Shown: positions 39,073-48,875, counted from the first letter of the stretch. The stretch: DNA of 64,000 bases from Rickettsia sp. (GCA_038131245.1 JAYPPA010000010.1:983-64982), one strand, 5' to 3'. The notes: generated by a model not told the origin, from the sequence alone. A program made the numbers and translations.

Positions 39073-40416
39073 TTACAATATAAATTTCGACAAATCATTT
39101 TTCGCATCAGCCAAGTCTCCAAGATGCTTTTGAACATATTTAGCGTCAATTTTTATTATTTGACCTTTCATATCACAGGCATTAAAACTGACCTCTTCGA
39201 GAATCTTTTCCATCAAAGTATGAAGCCTTCTTGCGCCGATATTTTCTACTTCACCATTAATATCATGAGCAATCTTGGAAATTTCCTTGGCTCCAGATTT
39301 CTCAAAATTTAAAGTGACATTTTCAGCCTCAAGCAAAGCAACATACTGCCTAACTAAAGAAGATTCTGGCTCGGTTAAAATTCTAAGCAAATCATCTTGC
39401 GTCAAAGGCTTAAGCTGTACGCGAATCGGAAAACGACCTTGAAGCTCCGCTAATAGATCCGAAGGTTTAGATGAGTGAAAAGCCCCAGAAGCAATAAACA
39501 AAATATGATCCGTCTTGATAAGTCCGTATTTTGTGCTTACTGTAGTACCTTCGACTAGTGGCAGAAGATCGCGCTGGACACCTTCGCGACTAACCTCTCC
39601 GCCTCGAGCATTATTATTGGTGCAAATTTTATCGATCTCGTCAATAAAAACAATCCCATCATTTTCAACTGATTTCAGCGCATCCTTAGTAGCCTTATCT
39701 TCGTCGATCATTTTTACAGATTCTTCGTCAGTCAAAATTTCAAAAGCCTCTTTAACGGTAGTTTTAAGCTTTTTGGTTTTTTCGCCACCAATAGCCTTGC
39801 CAAGCATCTCGCCAATATTAATCATCCCAACATGTCCACCAGGAATATCAAAACCAGAAGCCACCGGATTTCCAGAATCAAGCACATCAACTTCGATTTC
39901 TCTATCATCAAGAGTTCCATTATCAAGCATTTTCAAGAACTTTTCGTAAGTCTCCCCAGAGGCACTTTCTCCAACCAAAATAGTAACAATCGCCTTTCTA
40001 GCTTCATCTTTGGCCTTTTCCTTAACCTCATCTTTCATTTTTTGCTTAGTTTCCTTAATTGCAACATCCAAAAGGTCGCGGATAATAGACTCTACATCAC
40101 GGCCAACATAGCCTACTTCGGTAAATTTTGTGGCTTCGACTTTAATAAATGGAGCGTGAGCCAATTTTGCAAGCCTTCGGGCGATTTCAGTTTTACCAAT
40201 CCCAGTTGGCCCAATACAAAGTATATTTTTTGGCATAATTTCTTCCCTTAAAGGGCTTGCCACAGCTTGTCTACGATATCGATTACGAAGAGCGATCGCG
40301 ACTGCTTTTTTTGCATCATCTTGACCAATAATATAACGATCTAGCTCTTTAACTATATCTTTTGGAGTTAAATTTGATGTTAAAACCTCTTTTTCTTTAG
40401 TATTTTTTATTTTCAT
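39073..40416 (-). CDS. hslU: ATP-dependent protease ATPase subunit HslU
   Basis: 447 aa. [33 protein letters not shown], Walker [25 protein letters not shown]. Confidence 0.92.
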   Translation of the reverse strand: MKIKNTKEKEVLTSNLTPKDIVKELDRYIIGQDDAKKAVAIALRNRYRRQAVASPLREEIMPKNILCIGPTGIGKTEIARRLAKLAHAPFIKVEATKFTEVGYVGRDVESIIRDLLDVAIKETKQKMKDEVKEKAKDEARKAIVTILVGESASGETYEKFLKMLDNGTLDDREIEVDVLDSGNPVASGFDIPGGHVGMINIGEMLGKAIGGEKTKKLKTTVKEAFEILTDEESVKMIDEDKATKDALKSVENDGIVFIDEIDKICTNNNARGGEVSREGVQRDLLPLVEGTTVSTKYGLIKTDHILFIASGAFHSSKPSDLLAELQGRFPIRVQLKPLTQDDLLRILTEPESSLVRQYVALLEAENVTLNFEKSGAKEISKIAHDINGEVENIGARRLHTLMEKILEEVSFNACDMKGQIIKIDAKYVQKHLGDLADAKNDLSKFIL

Positions 40417-40531
40417 TATTATTTTCGATTTGTTTATCTTTACGAATTTTTTCGTAACTGCTATAATTTAATATAAGCATAAAAAAAATTATTACAAGAC
40501 TTGTACCTATGATTATTAGCAAAAATTTCAT
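40397..40531 (-). CDS. possible small membrane protein, 44 aa
   Basis: Own translation: [44 protein letters not shown]. Starts 3 nt after the engB stop and overlaps the hslU start by 20 nt. No homology evidence. Confidence 0.3.
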   Translation of the reverse strand: MKFLLIIIGTSLVIIFFMLILNYSSYEKIRKDKQIENNNENKKY

Positions 40532-40534
40532 AAA

Positions 40535-41179
40535 TTATTGCAAAATTAAAGTCACAATTTCACGCTTTATTTGATCAAAGCCATCATTTCTTTTGACAGA
40601 ACAGCTTAAAATCTCTGGGTGAAGAGCTGGCCACAACTTAGAGCCAGCAATAATATCATTTTTAGCCTTTTCAAGCTCACTTGGTTTCAACTTATCAGTT
40701 TTAGTGAGAATTATTTGATAAGAAAGGCCGATCGTATTAAAAACATTAGCCATCTCATGATCAGTCTCTTTTAAACCCTTAATTGGATCAATCAGCAAAA
40801 ACACCTTTTTAAGCTGCTTTCTAGTCGCAAAATACTCAAGACTGGTCTTTTGCCAATGCTCAATATGTTTATTTTTCGCCTTAGCAAAGCCATATCCAGG
40901 CATATCAACAAGCATCAACCTTTGCGAAAGCAGAAAAAAGTTGAGCTGACGCGTTCTTCCTGGGGTATTTGAAACTATAGCAACTTTTTGCGAAGTTAAT
41001 GAATTAACCAAGCTAGACTTCCCCACATTAGAAGCCCCAATAAAAGCAATTTCAGGATAATAAGTCTCAGGGAATTGACCTGGATTATGAGCACCAAGAA
41101 CAAATTCACAGGCTTTTTGACCATCCTTAGGAAAAAACTTTTCAATTTGAGCTTTGGTTAGCTGTTTTTTATCTGACAT
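40535..41179 (-). CDS. engB: ribosome biogenesis GTP-binding protein YihA/EngB
   Basis: 214 aa. G1 GASNVGKSSLVNSL, G3 DMPGYG, G4 TKTDK. Confidence 0.9.
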   Translation of the reverse strand: MSDKKQLTKAQIEKFFPKDGQKACEFVLGAHNPGQFPETYYPEIAFIGASNVGKSSLVNSLTSQKVAIVSNTPGRTRQLNFFLLSQRLMLVDMPGYGFAKAKNKHIEHWQKTSLEYFATRKQLKKVFLLIDPIKGLKETDHEMANVFNTIGLSYQIILTKTDKLKPSELEKAKNDIIAGSKLWPALHPEILSCSVKRNDGFDQIKREIVTLILQ

Positions 41180-41234
41180 TTCACTTTATCTATTTAAAAT
41201 TAGAGAAATAATTATACTCTAGGTATGATATATT

Positions 41235-41978
41235 TTATTTCTGAGAGCTTATTTCAAGAGTAACATTTTCAAGGTCTCTTTTGGTATCCACCGATATTGG
41301 TGAATCAGAAACAACCTTCACAGCAATCTTCATGTCATTTTCCATAGCACGAAGCTGCTCTAGCGACTCTCTTTTTTCTAGCTGCGATGGCTGTAAATTA
41401 ACAAACCTCTCTAAAGCCTTCCTTTTATATGCGTAAATTCCAATGTGATGATAATATGTTTGATCATCATTTTTAGAGTAAGGAATCACGGAGCGTGAAA
41501 AATAAAGCGCAATTCCAGAGGTTTTCTGTTGATCCTTAAAGGAAATAGCGACTTTAACATTGTTTGGATCATTTATCTCCTCCTCATCATCAATAATATT
41601 TGCAACTGTAGCAATATCGGCGTCGCTTTCTTTTATTGCAGATATTGCTGCTTCGATGGTTTTTGGGTCAATATTGGGTAAATCACCTTGTAAATTCACA
41701 ATTATGTCGAAATTTTCGTCAATTTCTTGTAAAGCAGCATAAATCCGATCAGTCCCGGAAGGTAAATTCGAATCAGTCAAAATCGCAAACCCGCCAAGAT
41801 TTTCGATTTCTTGCTTAACTTCATTGCTATCACAAGCCACAAAAACTTTCGCATTATTAACTTGAATGGCTTTTTTATAGACTCTTGCGATCATGGTTTG
41901 ACCAAGGATATCTACCAATGGCTTATTTAAAAGCCTAGTAGAAGCAAGTCTAGCTGGAATAATTATTGCAACGCTCAT
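41235..41978 (-). CDS. kdsB: 3-deoxy-manno-octulosonate cytidylyltransferase
   Basis: 247 aa. IIPARLASTRL.. and NLQGDLP motifs. Confidence 0.9.
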   Translation of the reverse strand: MSVAIIIPARLASTRLLNKPLVDILGQTMIARVYKKAIQVNNAKVFVACDSNEVKQEIENLGGFAILTDSNLPSGTDRIYAALQEIDENFDIIVNLQGDLPNIDPKTIEAAISAIKESDADIATVANIIDDEEEINDPNNVKVAISFKDQQKTSGIALYFSRSVIPYSKNDDQTYYHHIGIYAYKRKALERFVNLQPSQLEKRESLEQLRAMENDMKIAVKVVSDSPISVDTKRDLENVTLEISSQK

Positions 41979-42052
41979 AATTCACTGTTTTAATAATATT
42001 ACATATATTATAGCAGATTTAAAGGTAAAATGCAAGAAAAAGCGTATATTTA

Positions 42053-43402
42053 TTATAAATCTAGAGATTCCATTTTTGGCTTTCCAGGGCCAGCTAAGGC
42101 GCTGCTTGTGACTGGGGATATTTTTACGCCAGGCGCAATCGTGATTTTGCCACTTTCGACGCCCGCATCAATTTCTGCCTTAAATCGCCTCAATTCTTCA
42201 AGCTCACGTCTTTCTTCTAATGATAGCGATAACCTTGATATAGAAGCCCCAGCAGCAGCTCGAGGCGACGGAGTGGTTACCTCCTCCTCATCATCAGACG
42301 ATAGCAACTCGTCAGTATATTTTTTACGATTTGTATAGTGATTTTCAGTGGCTGCTTTTTGCATAGCAGCAAGGCTATCTAGAACTGCGCCGGATATTTG
42401 AGCAGGATTATTGTATCCAGGCCAACCGGTTCTTTCATCCTTAATAAAGGCGCTAACAAAACTACTTACTAAACCCTTAGTATCAAAAATTTTCGGCATT
42501 TGTGGAAAAGCCGCGAATGTTAGATGAAGATGCCTTGCTAAAACATAAGTTAATTTATTGCCATCATTATCGCGGGCTTTAGCGGTTTTTTTAGCGCCAT
42601 TGGTTAATGTAAACCCCCTATGTTCACCCAATATATCTTTAGCTTTTTTATCGCCCTTATCAGTAATTTGCGGATAATGAATTAAAGATAAAACAAGAGG
42701 CATTATCTCACGATTTAGCTTTGTAGTCAGAGCTGGAGAGTCTTTTGCTATACGCCGCGCCTCTTCTATTTTTTGCTTTATATCTCTGATAGATTTGGAA
42801 ACTGCTGCTCCTTCTCCTGGTGGAGCCTTAAAGCCTTCAATTGCAAAAAATGCAGTAAGAGGTATTTTGTTATAAAATGTCATCAAATAGCGACTAGCCT
42901 CAGTGAAAAAATCCCTCAGCAATTCTCCATTAAATTTATAAGAAGCATCTATTCCTCCTAAAACGCCAGATAAAGACCTTGCATCAAGATCATCGTTTTG
43001 TTGCGCCGATCTTGTATCAACTCTTAAGGTTGTTTTCTTGTGCCTCTTTTTTTGATATTCAGCAAGCATGCCATCTATAACATCATATAAAATTTTGGTA
43101 TTCTCGGGGTTTTCTAAAGATCCTAAAATACTGACAAAATTATATAATTTAGACCTCTTGTCTCTTAAAGAATTTCTATTACTCATTGATGATAGACCAA
43201 AAACCTCTTCGTCTGTGAGGTCAGATAAGGCATTATAAAGAGCCTCTTCAATTAATCGATATGCGGTAACATGGTCACCTTGAGACTTTCCTAAGACAGA
43301 TGGTGCCCTATCCTTAATCACAAGTGGGCTTGGGGTACCGTCGGGGGTCTTAACATATGATACACTTATGGAACTGCTAGCCTTTTTGGGACTTTTAGAC
43401 AT
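42053..43402 (-). CDS. orphan protein, 449 aa, no recognisable domain (candidate secreted effector)
   Basis: Long ORF that is visibly GC-richer than its neighbours. Has an acidic Ser cluster (SSDDEEE) and a C-terminal coiled coil (LEERRELEELRRFKAEID). Lies immediately 3' of tRNA-Lys. Confidence 0.7.
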   Translation of the reverse strand: MSKSPKKASSSISVSYVKTPDGTPSPLVIKDRAPSVLGKSQGDHVTAYRLIEEALYNALSDLTDEEVFGLSSMSNRNSLRDKRSKLYNFVSILGSLENPENTKILYDVIDGMLAEYQKKRHKKTTLRVDTRSAQQNDDLDARSLSGVLGGIDASYKFNGELLRDFFTEASRYLMTFYNKIPLTAFFAIEGFKAPPGEGAAVSKSIRDIKQKIEEARRIAKDSPALTTKLNREIMPLVLSLIHYPQITDKGDKKAKDILGEHRGFTLTNGAKKTAKARDNDGNKLTYVLARHLHLTFAAFPQMPKIFDTKGLVSSFVSAFIKDERTGWPGYNNPAQISGAVLDSLAAMQKAATENHYTNRKKYTDELLSSDDEEEVTTPSPRAAAGASISRLSLSLEERRELEELRRFKAEIDAGVESGKITIAPGVKISPVTSSALAGPGKPKMESLDL

Positions 43403-43425
43403 AGTATATAATAGTAAATAAATGA

Positions 43426-43464
43426 AGAAGAAAAGTCACCACCACCAAAGAAAAGTGATGGTGA
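43426..43464 (-). terminator. rho-independent terminator after tRNA-Lys
   Basis: Minus-strand RNA UCACCAUCAC-uuuucuuug-GUGGUGGUGA (10 bp, one G-U pair) followed by CUUUUCUUCUUC. The 5' arm includes the tRNA ACCA end. Confidence 0.6.
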
Positions 43465-43534
43465 GCACGGTTGGGATCGAACCAACGACAACCTGATTAA
43501 AAGTCAGGTGCTCTACCAACTGAGCTACGTGCTC
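43459..43534 (-). tRNA. tRNA-Lys (anticodon UUU)
   Basis: Hand-folded. GAGCACG-TA-GCTC-AGTTGGTA-GAGC-A-CCTGA-CTTTTAA-TCAGG-TTGTC-GTTGG-TTCGATC-CCAAC-CGTGCTC-ACCA. Confidence 0.92.
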
Positions 43535-43591
43535 AAAAAACCCGCTCTTTTTAACTTACTAGATCGAGTTTTTTAATAAAACAATAACTTA

Positions 43592-43620
43592 ATTATAATA
43601 TTTAATTGTAATAAAGTCAA
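43592..43620 (-). promoter_or_regulatory. consensus-like promoter TTGACT-17-TATAAT upstream of tRNA-Lys
   Basis: Minus strand TTGACT, spacer ttattacaattaaatat (17 nt), TATAAT. It lies 57 nt before the tRNA 5' end. Confidence 0.6.
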
Positions 43621-43628
43621 GAAAAAAA

Positions 43629-45101
43629 TTAATCCTCATATTTCTTAACTAAATTGTCAAGCAATCTAATGCCAAAGCCAGTCGCGCCCTTAGCAGCCAA
43701 AGGATCACCCTTACCTTTCCAGGCAACTCCGGCAATATCCAAATGAGCCCATTTTGTCTCGCCAATAAATCTTTTTAGAAACTGAGCAGCCGTGGTACTT
43801 CCTGCGCCGCGCCCTGATCCAACATTTTTCATATCAGCAATATCAGAATTGATCATTTCGTCAAATTCCTTACCAACAGGCAATCTCCACAGGCGATCAC
43901 CAGTTTTTTCGCCAGATTCTAGTAATTCTTTGGCCAAATCTTCGTCATTAGAAAATAATCCACCATAAACATCCGCTAAACTCACTACAACAGCGCCAGT
44001 TAAAGTGGCCAAATCAACAATGAATTTTGGCTTAAATTTGGTATTTGTGTAATGCAAAGCATCAGCCAAGACAAGCCTTCCTTCTGCGTCGGTATTGATT
44101 ACTTCGACGGTTTGACCTGACATTGATTGAATCACATCACCTGGTCTTTGGGCAGTAGAAGATGGCATATTTTCCACTAATCCAATCACGCCAACTGCGT
44201 TGACTTTAGCATTTCTTTGAGCCAAATTACGCATTAAACCAACAACGGCAGCAGATCCACCCATATCAGTTTTCATATCTTCCATATTATTTGATGGTTT
44301 GATCGAAATTCCACCAGTATCAAAAGTTACACCTTTTCCAACAAAAGCTATTGGTGCTTCGGTTTTTTTCTTACCACCTAACCATTTCATCACAACTAAT
44401 TTTGATTCAAATGCACTACCCTGACCAACGCCAAGTAAAGCATTCATGCCAAGTTTAGTCATTTCCTTTTCACCAAGAACTTCAACTGTCAAGCCGTCTT
44501 TCTTAAGGTCTTTGCAAATATCAGAATAGCTTTCAGGATTTAAGACATTTCCAGGCTCTGATACTAGGTCTCTTACCAAAAATACATTATTAGCTAAAAT
44601 TTCAAGCTCTTTAAAATCATCTTCAGCCGCTTTTTTATCTGCGCAATTAATTGCTATTTCTTTAACATTGAATTTTTTTCCTTCAATTTTATTTTCAAAA
44701 TATTTATTAAAACGATAGCTTCTAAGCATGATTCCAAAGGCTAATTCACAGATATCCTTACTATCTTTTGCTTTAATTTTTGAGGATTTGTCAATTTTAG
44801 ATCCAAAAAATATTTCAGCAGCTAAAATTTTGCTAGCATTTAAATATTCAGCAATTTTTGCACCTAATTTTTGTATTTGTAAAGCATCAAGATCCTTATC
44901 TTTACCAAGACCAACAAGAATTACTAAATTTCCTTGCAATTGAGAAGTGCAAATTTTACCAAAGCCAGCATCAAAATCGAAATGTTTTTTTGCATAATCA
45001 ATAAATTCAGCCTTTTCTTTTAGTTGAGCTTCGCTAATTGTTACTACGGCTACTTTCTTAGCATCTTTAATAGAAAGATTATCACAAAAATTTATTTTCA
45101 T
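43629..45101 (-). CDS. pepA: leucyl aminopeptidase (M17)
   Basis: 490 aa. VGKGVTFDTGGISIKP and NTDAEGRLVLADAL motifs. Confidence 0.92.
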   Translation of the reverse strand: MKINFCDNLSIKDAKKVAVVTISEAQLKEKAEFIDYAKKHFDFDAGFGKICTSQLQGNLVILVGLGKDKDLDALQIQKLGAKIAEYLNASKILAAEIFFGSKIDKSSKIKAKDSKDICELAFGIMLRSYRFNKYFENKIEGKKFNVKEIAINCADKKAAEDDFKELEILANNVFLVRDLVSEPGNVLNPESYSDICKDLKKDGLTVEVLGEKEMTKLGMNALLGVGQGSAFESKLVVMKWLGGKKKTEAPIAFVGKGVTFDTGGISIKPSNNMEDMKTDMGGSAAVVGLMRNLAQRNAKVNAVGVIGLVENMPSSTAQRPGDVIQSMSGQTVEVINTDAEGRLVLADALHYTNTKFKPKFIVDLATLTGAVVVSLADVYGGLFSNDEDLAKELLESGEKTGDRLWRLPVGKEFDEMINSDIADMKNVGSGRGAGSTTAAQFLKRFIGETKWAHLDIAGVAWKGKGDPLAAKGATGFGIRLLDNLVKKYED

Positions 45102-45171
45102 TTTTTATAGTAATTTAATTGGTTATATTGTATAATTTGTACCTATATATAATATATGAGTTTTTTTAAAA

Positions 45172-45888
45172 ATGCAAATTGATAATTACGAAATAGCAAT
45201 AATTTTAATAACCTTATTTAATATGGGCTTTTTTGGGGGTTTTTTACATTGCTCATCAATGTGCTCTCCGTTTATATTACATCAAGTATCTTCAAGACTC
45301 AAAAATCAGGAATTGGAAAAATATCAAGGATTCGAGAGATTAAAAAACCTGGCTTTAATGCCTTATCATTTAGGTAGAATTGCGACTTATTCAATTATTG
45401 GGGCTTTTTGCTCTTTTTTAGCGGGAAATGTCAGAGATTTTGCAAATTTTCAGCTATTTTCAGGAATTATCTTAATTTTAGCCGCAATTTTGATGATTCT
45501 AGCGGTTTTTAAGAAAAAAATCGGATTTTTTAGTAATTTTTTTACAAAACTTCCTAAAATCAACATTTTTAAGAAGTTTTTAGCTGAATTATTTGCCAAT
45601 CCAACCTCTTATCGAGGCTTTATTTTAGGTATTATCTTGGGATTTTTACCTTGCGGATTACTGTATTCTGCATTTGCTTTGGTTGCTTCGATTGATAATG
45701 TGGCTATTGCTTTTTTTGCTATGATGATTTTTGGCTTTGCAACCTTTCCAGCCTTATTTTTAATAGCCTCTAGCAGCTATATTTTTCTAAATTATGCAAA
45801 AAGTTATATAAAATTCATCGCAAGACTTGTAATTTTAATTAATTCTGCTACTATATTATTTATGGGAATAAATTTAATTGTAAATTGA
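45172..45888 (+). CDS. polytopic membrane protein, DsbD_2 / TauE-SafE-like
   Basis: 238 aa with about 6 TM segments. The GGFLHCSSMCSPF motif in TM1 resembles the HCxxMCGP motif of the DsbD_2 family (from memory). Lies upstream of ccoN. Confidence 0.5.
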   Translation: MQIDNYEIAIILITLFNMGFFGGFLHCSSMCSPFILHQVSSRLKNQELEKYQGFERLKNLALMPYHLGRIATYSIIGAFCSFLAGNVRDFANFQLFSGIILILAAILMILAVFKKKIGFFSNFFTKLPKINIFKKFLAELFANPTSYRGFILGIILGFLPCGLLYSAFALVASIDNVAIAFFAMMIFGFATFPALFLIASSSYIFLNYAKSYIKFIARLVILINSATILFMGINLIVN

Positions 45889-45894
45889 TTATTT

Positions 45895-47340
45895 ATGGCT
45901 AACACTAATTTAAAAACTGTTGAGTATAATTATGATATAGTAAAGCTATTTACTATAGCTGCTGTGTTTTGGGGAGTGGCTGGATTTGCGGCTGGAACTA
46001 CGCTGGCATGGCAATTGGTATTTCCGGCACTAAACCTTGACTCTGAATTTTTTAGCTTTGGCAGGCTGCGCCCTCTTCATACTAGCGCGGTAATTTTTGC
46101 ATTTGGTGGAAATGTACTACTTGCGACAAGCTTTTTCGTTGTGCAAAGAACCTCGCACGCTAGGATTTGGGGTAGCGAAAATTTGCTTAAATTTATTTTC
46201 TGGGGCTATCAATTATTTATTGTTTTAGCTGCTGTTGGATATTTACTTGGAGTTACTCAAGGTAAAGAATACGCAGAGCCAGAATGGTATGTCGATTTGC
46301 TTGTAACAGTAATTTTTGTATGTTACTTTTTGGTTTATGTAATGACATTAAAAAAGCGCTCAGAGCCTCACATCTATGTAGCGAACTGGTTTTATCTTGC
46401 ATTTATAGTGACTGTTGCAATATTACATATTGTTAATAATTTGGCGATTCCTCTTGCTATTGACTCTAGTGCGAGCTATCCCATTTTCGGCGGAGTCCAA
46501 AGTGCAATGATTCAATGGTGGTATGGCCATAACGCAGTTGGATTCTTCTTAACCGCTGGTTTTATTGGAATTATGTATTATTTCGTTCCAAAAAGAGTCA
46601 ATCGCCCAGTGTATTCTTACCGCTTATCAATTTTACACTTTTGGGCCTTGACCTTCATTTATGTTTGGGCTGGACCACACCATTTGCATTATACTGCCTT
46701 GCCTGATTGGGTTCAGACCCTTGGGATGACTTTCTCGATTATTTTATGGATGCCGTCTTGGGGTGGTATGATTAACGGGATTATGACGCTTTCTGGCGCT
46801 TGGGATAAGCTTAGAAACGATCATGTACTTAGATTCTTAATCACCGCAGTAGCTTTCTATGGTATGTCAACTTTTGAAGGGCCTTTAATGGCAATAAAAG
46901 AAGTTAACGCTTTGTCGCATTATACTGATTGGACTGTTGGACATGTACATTCTGGTGCTCTTGGTTGGGTCGCAATGATAAGCTTTGGTGCTTTATATCA
47001 CATGGTTCCTGTTTTATGGAAAAGAAGAGACATATACTCCAACAAATTAGTTGGTGTACATTTTTGGCTAGCAACAATTGGTATCGTACTTTACATTACC
47101 TCAATGTGGGTTTCAGGAATTACTCAAGGCCTAATGTGGAGATCCTATGACGAAATGGGCTTTTTAAGCTATTCATTTGTTGAAACTATTGTTGCAATCA
47201 AACCAATGTTTGCTGTGCGGGCAATCGGTGGATTATTCTTCTTGGCCGGCGCCTTAGTTATGACCTATAATATTTACAAAACAATTAAAGGTGAAAGAGT
47301 CGAGGAAGATTTTGACTTTAGCTTGGAAAAAAATAAATAA
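45895..47340 (+). CDS. ccoN: cytochrome cbb3 oxidase subunit I
   Basis: 481 aa haem-copper oxidase core ([42 protein letters not shown]). Confidence 0.92.
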   Translation: MANTNLKTVEYNYDIVKLFTIAAVFWGVAGFAAGTTLAWQLVFPALNLDSEFFSFGRLRPLHTSAVIFAFGGNVLLATSFFVVQRTSHARIWGSENLLKFIFWGYQLFIVLAAVGYLLGVTQGKEYAEPEWYVDLLVTVIFVCYFLVYVMTLKKRSEPHIYVANWFYLAFIVTVAILHIVNNLAIPLAIDSSASYPIFGGVQSAMIQWWYGHNAVGFFLTAGFIGIMYYFVPKRVNRPVYSYRLSILHFWALTFIYVWAGPHHLHYTALPDWVQTLGMTFSIILWMPSWGGMINGIMTLSGAWDKLRNDHVLRFLITAVAFYGMSTFEGPLMAIKEVNALSHYTDWTVGHVHSGALGWVAMISFGALYHMVPVLWKRRDIYSNKLVGVHFWLATIGIVLYITSMWVSGITQGLMWRSYDEMGFLSYSFVETIVAIKPMFAVRAIGGLFFLAGALVMTYNIYKTIKGERVEEDFDFSLEKNK

Positions 47341-47351
47341 ATATATTAGAT

Positions 47352-48095
47352 ATGAAATTTAGTCACGAAAAAGTAGAGAAAAATTCGGTATTGCTGCTAA
47401 TTTTAGTAGTAATTGTAGTTTCCATTGGTGGATTAGTGGAAATTGTGCCACTTTTTAGAAAGGAAGTTGTTATCGAAAAAGTTGAAGGCATGCGCCCATA
47501 TACCCCACTTGAACTTGCTGGTTTTAATATTTACAAAAGAGAAGGTTGCTATGGTTGCCACTCTCAACAAGTCAGAGTTCTTCGTGACGAGGTAGAGCGT
47601 TATGGTCCATACTCTTTGGCTGCTGAATCTATGTATGACTACCCATTTCAATGGGGCTCGAAAAGGACTGGTCCTGATTTAGCTAGAGTTGGTGGTAGAT
47701 ATTCTGATGATTGGCACGTTCGCCACTTGATTAACCCTAGAGATGTAGTTCCTGAATCTATAATGCCTGGCTATAAATTTTTGGTTAATAGAGATGTAAA
47801 TGTGGCTGAATTAGAGGATCATATGCGAGTTCTAAAGATCATCGGAGTTCCTTACACTGAGGAGATGATTCAAAATGCGGTGAGTGATGCTGTGGTTCAA
47901 GCTTCAAATGATCGCGATACTGAAGGTTTTGAAAAACGCTATGGCAAGAAAGTTAACATTAGGGACTTTGATGAAAATCCAAATAGAGTTTCTGAAATGG
48001 ATGCTTTAGTGGCTTATTTACAAGTCCTAGGCACTATGGTAGATTTTTCTAAATATGAGCCAGTTGATTTAAAAAAGGAGAAAAATAATGATTGA
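47352..48095 (+). CDS. ccoO: cytochrome cbb3 oxidase monohaem subunit II
   Basis: 247 aa with an N-terminal anchor and the haem c site CYGCHS. Confidence 0.9.
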   Translation: MKFSHEKVEKNSVLLLILVVIVVSIGGLVEIVPLFRKEVVIEKVEGMRPYTPLELAGFNIYKREGCYGCHSQQVRVLRDEVERYGPYSLAAESMYDYPFQWGSKRTGPDLARVGGRYSDDWHVRHLINPRDVVPESIMPGYKFLVNRDVNVAELEDHMRVLKIIGVPYTEEMIQNAVSDAVVQASNDRDTEGFEKRYGKKVNIRDFDENPNRVSEMDALVAYLQVLGTMVDFSKYEPVDLKKEKNND

Positions 48096-48237
48096 TCTGA
48101 TTGTCAAAAACATTCCTACGATTGCAACTATTGGTTTTGTCATAGGTTTTGCTTATATTATTTATAATGTATTTTTTAAAACCAGCAAAAAAGAGCATGA
48201 TGATCATTCAAAGATTCCACTCAAGGACGAGGATTAG
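48088..48237 (+). CDS. ccoQ: cbb3 oxidase small subunit CcoQ/FixQ-like, 49 aa (below ORF-track cutoff)
   Basis: Own translation: [49 protein letters not shown]. One TM segment plus an acidic tail. Its ATG overlaps the ccoO stop. Confidence 0.6.
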   Translation: MIDLIVKNIPTIATIGFVIGFAYIIYNVFFKTSKKEHDDHSKIPLKDED

Positions 48238-48287
48238 GTTAATTCACTTGAATTTTTGAGGATTTGCCATAGCAAAGTATATTTTCA

Positions 48288-48316
48288 TTGCAATTTAACA
48301 TCATACTCGCTATAAT
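48288..48316 (+). promoter_or_regulatory. promoter TTGCAA-17-TATAAT for tRNA-Ser
   Basis: TTGCAA at 48288-48293, 17-nt spacer, TATAAT at 48311-48316. The tRNA 5' end is 11 nt downstream. Confidence 0.65.
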
Positions 48317-48327
48317 TAATAAATATT

Positions 48328-48417
48328 GGAGACATGGCCGAGTGGTCGAAGGCGCTTTCCTGCTAAGAAAGTATACGGGTGACTGTATCGAGGGTTCGAA
48401 TCCCTCTGTCTCCGCCA
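48328..48417 (+). tRNA. tRNA-Ser (anticodon GCU)
   Basis: Hand-folded. GGAGACA acceptor, D-arm GCC-GAGTGGTCGAA-GGC, anticodon stem CTTTC/GAAAG with loop CTGCTAA, long variable arm, T-arm GAGGG-TTCGAAT-CCCTC, encoded GCCA end. Confidence 0.92.
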
Positions 48418-48463
48418 TAAAATATTTAAATAGTCTGCGTAGCGGATTATTTAAATATTTTAT
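48417..48463. repeat. perfect 15-bp inverted repeat abutting the tRNA-Ser 3' end
   Basis: ATAAAATATTTAAAT (48417-48431) and ATTTAAATATTTTAT (48449-48463) flank a 17-nt loop agtctgcgtagcggatt. Confidence 0.7.
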
Positions 48464-48865
48464 AGTGGGCTTGGATGAGAACCCGAGCAGAGGGTTCGCC
48501 AATTTTAGTAATTTTTCTTAATAAGCGTAGCGAATTTAGAAAAATCTTGAAAATTGTAAGTGAGCGCAGCGAACGCCATCCCGACTGTCTGTCGCCATCC
48601 GCTTACGCTATCGCTACAGCGTGATTAGGCGAAGTGATTTATAGTGGGTTTGGATGAGAAGTAAGAAGAAGAGGGTTCAATGAAAAGCTGTAATTTTATT
48701 AGAACGAACGAAGTAAGTTCAATAAAATAAGCATTCAGGGCGAGTTAAGCGAGCCACAATTTTAGTAATTTTCTTAATGAGCATAGCGAATTTAGAATTA
48801 CAGATGATCTGCTACGGCCGAAAAGGGAGTTAATCCCTGAAATCTGTCGCCATCCGCTTTCGCTT
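48461..48865 (+). repeat. two degenerate tandem units (about 180 and 225 bp) carrying tRNA-Ser 3'-half-like fragments
   Basis: Shared blocks occur in the same order in both units. TATAGTGGGYTTGGATGAGAA is at 48461 and 48640. AGAGGGTTC (T-arm-like) follows. CAATTTTAGTAATTTTCTTAATRAGCRTAGCGAATTTAGAA is at 48500 and 48757. CTGTCGCCATCCGCTT is at 48589 and 48844, compared with the tRNA end CTGTCTCCGCCAT. Confidence 0.65.
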
Positions 48866-48875
48866 TACACCTCAC

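Noticed and set aside
39515-40251. Two plus-strand ORFs (144 and 139 aa).
   Set aside because: They lie wholly inside hslU on the opposite strand, and hslU is unambiguous.
42030-42338. 102-aa plus-strand ORF.
   Set aside because: It is antisense to the 3' end of the 449-aa orphan gene. It has a Ser-rich low-complexity translation and no start context.
48239-48521. Two overlapping ORFs (87 aa on the minus strand, 77 aa on the plus strand).
   Set aside because: Both run across the tRNA-Ser gene and its promoter, so they are explained by the tRNA and the repeat islet.
48417-48870. Possible CRISPR array, because of the repeated blocks after tRNA-Ser.
   Set aside because: There are only two units, of unequal length (about 180 and 225 bp). 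The repeats are degenerate, there is no short-repeat/unique-spacer periodicity, and no cas genes are present.
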